Source: a virus (Duplodnaviria > Heunggongvirae > Uroviricota > Caudoviricetes). Taken from it: DNA of 29,353 nucleotides. Shown here in pieces: positions 1-7,726 of the stretch; position 1 is the first letter of the stretch; each line of letters opens with the position of its first letter. Under the pieces are notes generated by a model that did not search any database, was not told where the DNA came from, and was given only the letters and a program-made list of their open reading frames with translations. The position numbers and the translations under genes were made by a program. The stretch lies in the IMG/VR virus record IMGVR_UViG_2778261069_000009; one strand, 5' to 3'.

Positions 1-860
1 TCATTAGCCTTCACTAAGCCACCAGCTGCTATTAATGCACCGGGAATAGTCAATGCTTTTGTCTGATTAGATGATATGAATTCGTTAATTTTACTCGTGA
101 ACTCAAGATTTTTCTCATCGAGTTCGTTAAGAATTTTATTTACAGAAAACCTCTTTGTGTAAATCTCATATAGTTCATCATATTTTTTTCTGACGAGTTC
201 AGTAGAGTTAAGCAAGTCAAAGAAATTGAATGTACCATTTGCTTTAAATACTTCGTTTATGGCTGAACGTATAACGAGCTTGCGCTCGCTTTTGTGTAAA
301 TCATTGATTTTTATTGTGTCGAGAAGCTCCTTTATAATTTCATATTTAAGAGACGAGTTCGATAAGCGATTAATCTCGCTATATTGTAAAAAATGCGTGA
401 GTTCGACTGTATAACTTTTGTCTTCATTGGTGAAAAATAAGACAGAGCAGTCACTGTTATGATGATCAGCAATTAATGAAAGGATATCTTTCCACATAAA
501 GAAAATATGGATTTTTTCGATGCTTTCATTCTTAGAAGTAGGGAGTATTAACGGCGTTCCGATGATATAATTTTTCGGAAGAGCGTTTTGGGTGTTTACT
601 CTAGACCAAAAAGACTCAACATTCTCATAAATTATAGCGTCATCCCAAGATGAAGCTTGGCGATCTAGCCAAATTTCATTATTTTCGATGCAGTTTGTTG
701 CCTTTTTATAACCTATAGATTGTAACAGTCTAATTATTTCAGAACTATTTACAATAACAATGCTTTCTTCAAGACTTATGACAGTGTAGTAGCCCTCAAC
801 TCTGCTTGAGGCTCCGTTAATAATCTGCGCTAATCTTGATAAGTCATCAGCAATTGTCAT
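1..860 (-). CDS. hypothetical protein, partner of the NA37-like gene (start at 860; 3' end runs off the window)
   Basis: ATG at 860-858 lies 2 nt after the TAA of the upstream gene (TAA-TA-ATG). Hand translation gives an unbroken minus-strand frame of more than 285 codons down to position 1, in AT-rich DNA where random frames are short. Begins MTIADDLSRLAQIING; hydrophobic stretch TIPGALIAAGGLV near the window edge. No family recognised. Not in the ORF track, presumably because no stop lies in the window. Confidence 0.6.
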   Translation of the reverse strand, partial: MTIADDLSRLAQIINGASSRVEGYYTVISLEESIVIVNSSEIIRLLQSIGYKKATNCIENNEIWLDRQASSWDDAIIYENVESFWSRVNTQNALPKNYIIGTPLILPTSKNESIEKIHIFFMWKDILSLIADHHNSDCSVLFFTNEDKSYTVELTHFLQYSEINRLSNSSLKYEIIKELLDTIKINDLHKSERKLVIRSAINEVFKANGTFNFFDLLNSTELVRKKYDELYEIYTKRFSVNKILNELDEKNLEFTSKINEFISSNQTKALTIPGALIAAGGLVKAN

Positions 861-862
861 TA

Positions 863-2038
863 TTAGCTGTCTCTATATCTTTTGAGTTCATCATAATTTG
901 CCTGACTCAATTTTATCACAATTTCGCATTTGTTGTCAGTGAGAATTACAGGCTTATTTGACTTTTCGTCTCCAATAGCTCCACGCATTATTTTCAACTT
1001 AAAATTATTGTCGTTATCTGCCACTTCAATTGTAAGCGCGCTTTCAGCTGCTTTAGGAGTTGGTTCAAATTGAGGATCAATCTGGAAACCATTAAGATTA
1101 ACAAAATCGACAAACGTTCCCTTACATTTGTGTGAATCAGTCAGGCATGAGTCAATTATTTTTGAAATATCCTCTATCTTAACGGACTTATTTCCGTATT
1201 TATCTTTTGATTTTTTTTCCAGTAAGGATTTAACTTCATTGTCAATAGTATCACGCAGTACACGACCGAGTGAGTTTTTACTAGCAAAAATATCTATAGC
1301 ACTGAATAATTGCTGAATGCTTCTTTTATTGTCCGAATCATGTCGGCAACCTAATGAGTCTTTGAAAAAATCGCTTTTAGATTTACCTTGCAAGAAATGT
1401 ACATATGAGTCACCCTTGTTTTCTGGATAACTGGCTTCGAATAAAGTTAAATCGAACATCGCAGCCTGCCGTAAGGCATCGGTATTAATTGGATTTAATC
1501 TTGTTGGGGTCAACTTATCCGAATCAAAGTCATAGGCGCTTTGTTTATCAACCATTACGATTAGAAGTTTTCCCAAATCCTCTGGTTCGGTAGACTTATA
1601 GTGGACGAAAACAACGCTCCCCCCCTGAAGTTGGGCAACTCTCGATTCGTTATTAGCATTATGTTTAAGCTTCTCTATTATAGCTCTAGATAAATCAATG
1701 AATTCATTATTTTTATTAATGTATTTTTTTAGGATCGTAGGAATGGATGAAGGGTTGTGATCTGAGTCTAGGAAGTTATGAAATTTGTTTTTTCGGCTAA
1801 ATTTTTTCTCAATTCTGGTTATGAATTCAGATGTGACTTCATTTTTTAGATCCCAAACTTCACCTAATCGATAATCAAATGCTCTTGAATCATTTTTTTC
1901 AAGATTTGCTGTTACAGCACCAATAGGAAAGTACGATTGTTTGCCCAGCACTACAACATGAGGCGTGGCGCCGCATTTATCGCAAGCTACAGTTGGGTCG
2001 TCAAGAACATTGCCACATTCTAAACAAGTTATATCCAT
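863..2038 (-). CDS. zinc-ribbon plus NA37 (YejK/NdpA nucleoid-associated protein)-like domain protein
   Basis: 391-aa ORF in AT-rich DNA. N-terminus has CxxC-10-CxxC (CLECG...CDKCG). Central region aligns by eye with remembered E. coli YejK motifs: GGSVVFVHY then LLIVMVD, later YVHFLQGKSKSDFFKDSLG (YejK: [37 protein letters not shown]). Domain call rests on recall, not a search. Confidence 0.65.
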   Translation of the reverse strand: MDITCLECGNVLDDPTVACDKCGATPHVVVLGKQSYFPIGAVTANLEKNDSRAFDYRLGEVWDLKNEVTSEFITRIEKKFSRKNKFHNFLDSDHNPSSIPTILKKYINKNNEFIDLSRAIIEKLKHNANNESRVAQLQGGSVVFVHYKSTEPEDLGKLLIVMVDKQSAYDFDSDKLTPTRLNPINTDALRQAAMFDLTLFEASYPENKGDSYVHFLQGKSKSDFFKDSLGCRHDSDNKRSIQQLFSAIDIFASKNSLGRVLRDTIDNEVKSLLEKKSKDKYGNKSVKIEDISKIIDSCLTDSHKCKGTFVDFVNLNGFQIDPQFEPTPKAAESALTIEVADNDNNFKLKIMRGAIGDEKSNKPVILTDNKCEIVIKLSQANYDELKRYRDS

Positions 2039-2155
2039 TATATATCCCGAATTATAAGAATGAATTTTTATGTGGCTGAAAATTCTATCAAAACACTAAC
2101 GCGTACGCAAAAAATATCGTAATCTGTTAAGTGTGCTCACTTCGCCACACAGCTT

Positions 2156-2187
2156 AAACCCGCCATCGAGCGGGTTTTGTCGTTTCT
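2156..2187 (+). terminator. intrinsic terminator-like hairpin upstream of the lysis genes (tR'-like position)
   Basis: AAACCCGC (2156-2163), loop CATCGA, GCGGGTTT (2170-2177), then TGTCGTTTC. T-tract is on the plus strand only. Confidence 0.4.
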
Positions 2188-2329
2188 GGGTCTGGGGATT
2201 CCTTGGTCCTAGCCTATCCCGCAGTTATCCATTGACTCGGCTTCTTTGACGTTTCCGCATCTGATTTGCGGTACATGATGTTTCCTCAATTTGCACCTGC
2301 TGTATCAGCGAGGTGAGAGATAACTACAA

Positions 2330-2656
2330 ATGCCTCATAACCCAAATACCTGGCTGGAGTTGGTCCAGAGCTGGTGGCGTGGAGACACACCGCTGGGCGC
2401 AGTGATTATGTCGATCGTTATGGCTGGCTTGCGCATTGCCTATTTTGGCGGTGGTGGTGGCTGGAAACGAAAAACGCTCGAGATTTTGCTCTGTGGTGCT
2501 CTGACGCTGACTTTTGCATCCGCTCTTGAGTATGTCGGATGGCCTAAATCTCTTTCTGTTGCCATTGGTGGCGGCGTTGGGCTGATCGGGGTCGATGCTA
2601 TTCGTGGGGCTGCAATGAGAGTAATCGGTAATAAGTTTGGTGGCTCTAAGGAGTAA
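2330..2656 (+). CDS. holin, lambda S-like (class I)
   Basis: 108 aa with three hydrophobic segments and a charged C-terminus; resembles lambda S as remembered; GAGGTGAGAG RBS-like sequence upstream; immediately precedes the endolysin. Confidence 0.85.
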   Translation: MPHNPNTWLELVQSWWRGDTPLGAVIMSIVMAGLRIAYFGGGGGWKRKTLEILLCGALTLTFASALEYVGWPKSLSVAIGGGVGLIGVDAIRGAAMRVIGNKFGGSKE

Positions 2657-2659
2657 TTT

Positions 2660-3136
2660 ATGCAGGTACTAAATTCCCAGCGTAAAGCTTTCCTCGATAT
2701 GGTGGCATGGTCAGAAGGAACGGATAACGGGCGACAACCGACACGTAACCACGGTTATGATGTTATTGTCGGTGGAGAACTCTTCACTGATTACTCCGAT
2801 CACCCTCGCAAGCTTGTCACGCTAAACCCGAAACTCAAATCAACAGCTGCAGGCCGTTATCAACTTCTTTCGCGCTGGTGGGATGCTTACCGCAAGCAGT
2901 TAGGGCTGACAGACTTCTCTCCTAAAAGCCAGGATGCTGTTGCATTACAGCAGATTAAAGAGCGTGGCGCTTTACCGATGATTGATCGCGGCGATATTCG
3001 TCAGGCTATCGATCGTTGCAGCAATATCTGGGCGTCGTTACCTGGTGCAGGTTACGGTCAGTATGAACATAAAATCGGTGACCTGATTTCCCGGTTTAAA
3101 GAGGCTGGTGGGGTGGTAAATGAAGTTGAGCTATAA
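2660..3136 (+). CDS. endolysin, lambda R-like lytic transglycosylase
   Basis: 158 aa; QRKAFLDM(V/L)AWSEGTDNGRQ...NHGYDVIVGG...LSRWWDAYRKQLGL...RCSNIWASLPGAGYGQ is near-identical over long stretches to remembered lambda R. Confidence 0.9.
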   Translation: MQVLNSQRKAFLDMVAWSEGTDNGRQPTRNHGYDVIVGGELFTDYSDHPRKLVTLNPKLKSTAAGRYQLLSRWWDAYRKQLGLTDFSPKSQDAVALQQIKERGALPMIDRGDIRQAIDRCSNIWASLPGAGYGQYEHKIGDLISRFKEAGGVVNEVEL

Positions 3137-3500
3137 GCTGGCTATCTCTGCATTCATCTTTACTGTCATCGGTTCTTTCATCTGGTCTGCCAACCACTAC
3201 TACAGCAAATATCAGCACGAAAAGAAACGTGCTGATGAGGCTGTACAAAATGCTGAATCTGCAACAGCCATTACCCGTAACGTCCTGCAATCACTGCAAA
3301 TCGTCAATACAGTTATAGAGGTTAACCAGCATGCAAAACAGCAGATCGCACTGGAGTCACAGAGAACCCAGAAAGATATCAAAGTGGCTGTTGCGGATGA
3401 TGATTGTGCTGCACGCCTTGTGCCTGCTGCCGCTGCTGAGCGGTTGCGGAAGTACGCGGACAGTTTACGTGAGCACTCCGGCTACAACATTACCGACTAG
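3120..3500 (+). CDS. Rz-like i-spanin
   Basis: N-terminal TM segment (LAISAFIFTVIGSFIW) followed by a charged periplasmic region; position directly after the endolysin, overlapping its end. Confidence 0.7.
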   Translation: MKLSYKLAISAFIFTVIGSFIWSANHYYSKYQHEKKRADEAVQNAESATAITRNVLQSLQIVNTVIEVNQHAKQQIALESQRTQKDIKVAVADDDCAARLVPAAAAERLRKYADSLREHSGYNITD

Positions 3501-3654
3501 TCTGACTTCTGAAACACCTGTACCGTTCATACCAAATCCTCTGACGTATGGTGCCAGCCTGGAGCTGAATGTGAGTCTGTTGTCTGCACTGGCTAACTGC
3601 AATCGGGATAAAGCTGATATTCGTAAAATAGATGCAGAGAGAACTAACCATTAA
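3397..3654 (+). CDS. Rz1-like o-spanin lipoprotein (in +1 frame, overlapping Rz)
   Basis: Internal Met-Met start at 3397, then signal MMIVLHALCLLPLLSGC with lipobox LSGC and a Pro/Thr-rich mature part; frame is +1 relative to Rz; extends 154 nt past the Rz stop. ORF track start at 3331 is probably too far upstream. Confidence 0.65.
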   Translation: MMIVLHALCLLPLLSGCGSTRTVYVSTPATTLPTSLTSETPVPFIPNPLTYGASLELNVSLLSALANCNRDKADIRKIDAERTNH

Positions 3655-3675
3655 GCAATAAAATTGTCAAATTGA

Positions 3676-4302
3676 TCAGTTGTCAAATGAATATACGTTA
3701 AAGGTATATGTCGACATAATTTCACCAAGTACCTCAATACATATACTTTTTTTATGAAAATTACTGGGAAATGAACTTAGCTCTTCAAGGTATTGCACAT
3801 AAGTGCTGATATCACTTGCATCACGTTCAAGGAATTTCACTTGGCCAAAAGAAGGAGTATTAATCCTGGTTCTTTGCTGGATTATATGGATAAAATGTGT
3901 AGTTGGTGAAACTATTACTCTTGAAATATCGGAAATGATGTCTTCTTGAACTTGCCGATAAAGTAAATCCTTTGGGTAATGGTGTTTTATCTCGATGGTT
4001 GCAACATTGCCATTATGTTCAGACGTTAATATCGACTGGTTATAAAGTGATATGTCAACAGCGCCGATACCGAGTTTTGGATGCTCACTTAAAGCAGTTA
4101 GTGTGCTGATTTGATTGAGTATAACAACTAACTCATCACGTATTTGTGTTTCATGTTTGCGATTGTAGAAGTAGCCATTCAGTTCATTTAACTTTTTATG
4201 CATCCTATCGTGACTAATTGCTTCGATCAGTAAATCCTGAATCATACTTTTCTCTAGGTAATCCGAACGGTTGTAAGTGACAGTATTGTGCTGGCATGTC
4301 AT
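3676..4302 (-). CDS. hypothetical protein (accessory moron gene)
   Basis: 208-aa ORF in AT-rich DNA opposite to phage late transcription; alternative start at Met20 (4245); no family recognised. Confidence 0.6.
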   Translation of the reverse strand: MTCQHNTVTYNRSDYLEKSMIQDLLIEAISHDRMHKKLNELNGYFYNRKHETQIRDELVVILNQISTLTALSEHPKLGIGAVDISLYNQSILTSEHNGNVATIEIKHHYPKDLLYRQVQEDIISDISRVIVSPTTHFIHIIQQRTRINTPSFGQVKFLERDASDISTYVQYLEELSSFPSNFHKKSICIEVLGEIMSTYTFNVYSFDN

Positions 4303-4345
4303 TAATATGTAAAGGTATTGTGAATACCAGAAAGATAACGAAGTA

Positions 4346-4681
4346 TCATCGATAGAAAAACTTTACAGCCCACTCGTAAACAGCTTTGTAAATCGGTTCA
4401 TGGTAAATACTATCGATACTATTCAGATGTGCGATCATCGCCTCCACAGTTGTAGTGGTTGTTTCTAATATTTCGATTATTGCAGGGCGGTCATCATCTT
4501 CATCGAAGTATTCGAACAGCAGTACAGGTTTACCATGCCATTCAGCATCTGAGACTCTAAGGTTACAACTACCGCTCAACTCAAAGTGAATTTTGTAATT
4601 ACCTTCTACAGAATGGCCTACGGGGAAAAAGTATAGGGTGTCATCTTTGTTCAAAAGCCATTCCCATTCATAACTATTCAT
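4346..4681 (-). CDS. hypothetical small acidic protein (accessory moron gene)
   Basis: Start moved to the second ATG (4681), which has AGGAG 7 nt upstream on the minus strand; 111 aa; contains EYFDEDDDRP and a TTTT run; no family recognised. Confidence 0.55.
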   Translation of the reverse strand: MNSYEWEWLLNKDDTLYFFPVGHSVEGNYKIHFELSGSCNLRVSDAEWHGKPVLLFEYFDEDDDRPAIIEILETTTTTVEAMIAHLNSIDSIYHEPIYKAVYEWAVKFFYR

Positions 4682-4831
4682 TTGTGAACTCCTGTTCATT
4701 GAGTTTCAACAACTATCAACTACATCCAGCGAAGCATAAAAGATCGTTTATGGCAAAACCGGAATGGAGTGCGATTCGATTCTGAGAAGGATGCCACGTA
4801 TCGTACGCGAACCATCCAAGAGGATTATGCA

Positions 4832-5182
4832 ATGCCCCTACGAACCCCAAAAGCCTGCCGTGTTCGCGGCTGCCGCCATACCACTACTGACCCGTCAGGC
4901 TACTGCGAAAGCCACAAAAGCGAAGGCTGGAAGCAATACAAGCCAGGCCAGTCCCGACACCAGCGCGGTTATGGTTCGAAATGGGATGTTATCCGTGAAC
5001 GTGTGCTCAAGCGTGACAAAGGCCTGTGCCAGTTGTGCCTGCGTGCTGGTGTGGTGCGCGAGGCGAAAACCGTTGACCACATCATCCCTAAAGCGCATGG
5101 CGGCACTGATGCCGACTGTAATCTGCAGAGTCTGTGCTGGCCGTGTCATAAGGCGAAGACGGCCCGTGAACGGTTGAAGTGA
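4832..5182 (+). CDS. HNH endonuclease (terminase-associated)
   Basis: CxxC zinc knuckle (CRVRGC), DHIIPKAHGG, NLQSLCWPCH motifs; AAGAGGA RBS before ATG 4832; directly upstream of the terminase genes. Confidence 0.85.
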   Translation: MPLRTPKACRVRGCRHTTTDPSGYCESHKSEGWKQYKPGQSRHQRGYGSKWDVIRERVLKRDKGLCQLCLRAGVVREAKTVDHIIPKAHGGTDADCNLQSLCWPCHKAKTARERLK

Positions 5183-5201
5183 TAATAATTCTCAACTGCC
5201 T

Positions 5202-5268
5202 GAGGGGAGGGGCGGGTCAAATCCCTGCGGCCTGACGTCTTCCGGACTGCCCGCCCCATCGTTTTTTT
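5202..5268. other. GC-rich palindromic region, candidate cos / packaging site
   Basis: GGGGCGGG (5209-5216) and CCCGCCCC (5250-5257) flank a core with GACGTC at its centre, followed by a T7 run (5262-5268); sits between the HNH gene and the small terminase gene. Confidence 0.3.
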
Positions 5269-5307
5269 ATACCCGCGAAAAATGAAATTTAACCAGGAGT
5301 GCCGCAT

Positions 5308-5802
5308 ATGGCTGGAACGGCGGGGCGTTCCGGGCGTCGCCCCAAGCCAACGGCGCGCAAGGCGCTGGCCGGAAACCCCGGCAAGCGAGCCCTGAATAAA
5401 GATGAACCTGTTTTTACGCCCATCAAAGGTGTTGAGCCACCGGAGTGGTTCGCTGAAGAAGATCTCCCTCTCGCCACGATCATGTGGCAACTGACAACCA
5501 AAGAACTCTGCGGTCAGGGCCTGCTGTGCGTGACTGACCTCGCGGTGCTTGAGCGGTGGTGTGTGGCCTATGAGTTCTGGCGACGTGCCGTGAAAAATAT
5601 TGCCAGACAGGGCAACACCATCACCGGTGCAATGGGCGGTATGGTCAAAAATCCGGAGCTGACCGCCAAAAAAGAACAGGAGTCCGAGATGAGCAGTACG
5701 GGGGCAATGCTCGGACTCGACCCCAGCAGCCGCCAGCGTCTGATTGGCCTGGCGGGGCAGAAGAAAGCCACTAACCCGTTTCTGAAAATTATCGAATCAT
5801 GA
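5308..5802 (+). CDS. terminase small subunit
   Basis: Basic N-terminus ([22 protein letters not shown]); AGGAG RBS before ATG 5308; ATGA overlap with the large subunit start. Confidence 0.8.
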   Translation: MAGTAGRSGRRPKPTARKALAGNPGKRALNKDEPVFTPIKGVEPPEWFAEEDLPLATIMWQLTTKELCGQGLLCVTDLAVLERWCVAYEFWRRAVKNIARQGNTITGAMGGMVKNPELTAKKEQESEMSSTGAMLGLDPSSRQRLIGLAGQKKATNPFLKIIES

Positions 5803-7532
5803 GCCGGAAATCTTACCCCAACGTAAATGCTGCCAATCAGTATGCCCGTGATGTCGTGCGCGGAAAGATTGTGGCCTGCCAGTTTGTGATTCAGGCCTGC
5901 CAGCGCCATCTTGATGACCTGATGGCGGAAAAAAGTAAGTCGTTTCGTTACCGCTTCGACAAGGACCTGGCTGAACGGGCCGCCAAATTTATTCAGCTGT
6001 TGCCGCACACCAAGGGTGAGTGGGCATTCAAGAGGATGCCCATCACGCTGGAGCCGTGGCAGCTCTTTGTGATCTGCTGCGCGTTTGGCTGGGTCAATAA
6101 AGGCTCCCGGCTGCGCCGCTTCCGTGAGGTGTATACCGAAATCCCCCGTAAGAACGGCAAATCGGCAATCTCTGCCGGTGTCGCCCTGTATTGTTTTGCC
6201 TGTGATAACGAGTTCGGCGCGGAAGTGTATTCCGGTGCCACGACGGAGAAACAGGCATGGGAAGTCTTTCGTCCGGCAAGACTGATGTGTAAACGCACAC
6301 CCATGCTGACGGAAGCGTTCGGGATTGAGGTTAACGCCTCAAACATGAACCGTCCGGAGGATGGTGCGCGTTTTGAACCGCTGATCGGTAACCCCGGTGA
6401 TGGTTCATCACCCCACTGTGCGGTGGTGGATGAATATCACGAGCACGCCACAGATGCGCTTTACACCACGATGCTTACCGGGATGGGGGCGCGACGTCAG
6501 CCACTGATGTGGGCCATCACCACCGCCGGGTACAACATTGAGGGGCCGTGCTACGACAAGCGGCGGGAAGTCATCGAGATGCTCAACGGCTCGGTGCCTA
6601 ACGATGAACTGTTCGGGATCATCTATACCGTTGATGAAGGTGACGACTGGACCGACCCGCAGGTGCTGGAAAAAGCCAATCCAAATATTGGCGTGTCGGT
6701 TTATCGCGAATTTTTGTTAAGTCAGCAGCAGCGTGCGAAAAATAACGCCCGTCTGGCAAACGTCTTTAAAACAAAACACCTCAATATCTGGGTGTCGGCG
6801 CGTTCGGCGTATTTCAACCTGGTGAGCTGGCAGAGCTGCGAGGATAAATCACTGACCCTTGAGCAGTTCGAGGGGCAGCCGTGCATTCTGGCCTTTGACC
6901 TGGCGCGTAAGCTGGATATGAACAGCATGGCGCGACTTTATACCCGCGAGATTGACGGTAAAACGCATTACTACAGTGTGGCCCCGCGTTTCTGGGTACC
7001 GTATGACACGGTGTACAGCGTCGAGAAAAATGAAGATCGACGGACAGCCGAACGCTTTCAGAAATGGGTGGAAATGGGCGTTCTGACCGTTACCGATGGT
7101 GCGGAGGTGGATTATCGCTACATCCTCGAGGAGGCCAAAGCGGCGAACAAAATCAGCCCGGTCAGTGAGTCACCCATCGACCCCTTCGGGGCGACCGGGT
7201 TGTCACATGACCTTGCTGATGAAGACCTGAACCCCATCACTATCATTCAGAACTACACCAACATGTCCGACCCGATGAAAGAGCTGGAAGCGGCAATTGA
7301 ATCGGGGCGCTTTCATCATGATGGCAATCCCATCATGACCTGGTGTATCGGCAACGTGGTCGGCAAAACTATTCCGGGTAACGATGATGTGGTGAAGCCC
7401 GTCAAAGAGCAGGCGGAAAACAAAATTGACGGTGCAGTTGCGCTGATTATGGCGGTTGGCAGAGCCATGCTGTACGAGAAAGAAGACACGCTGTCTGACC
7501 ACATTGAGTCCTATGGGATCCGCTCGCTTTAA
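5799..7532 (+). CDS. terminase large subunit
   Basis: 577 aa; position after the small subunit; nuclease-type acidic motifs in the C-terminal half; start overlaps the small-subunit stop. Confidence 0.9.
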   Translation: MSRKSYPNVNAANQYARDVVRGKIVACQFVIQACQRHLDDLMAEKSKSFRYRFDKDLAERAAKFIQLLPHTKGEWAFKRMPITLEPWQLFVICCAFGWVNKGSRLRRFREVYTEIPRKNGKSAISAGVALYCFACDNEFGAEVYSGATTEKQAWEVFRPARLMCKRTPMLTEAFGIEVNASNMNRPEDGARFEPLIGNPGDGSSPHCAVVDEYHEHATDALYTTMLTGMGARRQPLMWAITTAGYNIEGPCYDKRREVIEMLNGSVPNDELFGIIYTVDEGDDWTDPQVLEKANPNIGVSVYREFLLSQQQRAKNNARLANVFKTKHLNIWVSARSAYFNLVSWQSCEDKSLTLEQFEGQPCILAFDLARKLDMNSMARLYTREIDGKTHYYSVAPRFWVPYDTVYSVEKNEDRRTAERFQKWVEMGVLTVTDGAEVDYRYILEEAKAANKISPVSESPIDPFGATGLSHDLADEDLNPITIIQNYTNMSDPMKELEAAIESGRFHHDGNPIMTWCIGNVVGKTIPGNDDVVKPVKEQAENKIDGAVALIMAVGRAMLYEKEDTLSDHIESYGIRSL

Positions 7533-7543
7533 CTGAGGTAATT

Positions 7544-7726
7544 ATGATCATGCTGATTCTCGCGCCTCTGGTGGGCGTGCTGGGTGCGCTTTTGCTGGCG
7601 TATGGTGCCTGGCTGATTTATCCCCCGGCGGGGTTTGTTGTTGCCGGGGCGTTGTGTCTGTTCTGGTCGTGGCTGGTGGCGCGATATCTCGACCGTACAC
7701 AGCTGTCTGATGGTGGAGGTAAATAG
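7544..7726 (+). CDS. small membrane protein, two predicted TM helices
   Basis: 60 aa, [26 protein letters not shown] and [15 protein letters not shown]; GAGG RBS 5 nt before the ATG; lies between terminase and portal. Confidence 0.45.
   Translation: MIMLILAPLVGVLGALLLAYGAWLIYPPAGFVVAGALCLFWSWLVARYLDRTQLSDGGGK

Noticed and set aside
226-414. Plus-strand 62-aa ORF (and 1128-1316 +) inside the AT-rich left operon
   Set aside because: Antisense to the long minus-strand genes, short, no RBS; treated as shadow ORFs.
2440-2470. GGTGGTGGTGGC run in the holin gene
   Set aside because: Encodes a Gly run (GGGGG) within the protein; not a structured repeat or array.
3661-3690. Direct repeat TTGTCAAAT twice (reverse complement contains TTGACA) around the stop of the 208-aa moron gene
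   Set aside because: No suitably spaced -10 element on the minus strand and no hairpin; too short to call a promoter or terminator.
4764-5182. Alternative 137-aa frames overlapping the HNH gene (4764-5177 and the N-terminally extended 4769 start)
   Set aside because: The HNH motifs are in the frame starting at ATG 4832, which has a good RBS; the other frame is GC-rich low-complexity and looks like a frame artefact.
5146-6346. Minus-strand ORFs of 114-146 aa inside the terminase genes
   Set aside because: Fully embedded antisense in strongly supported GC-rich genes; typical shadow frames.
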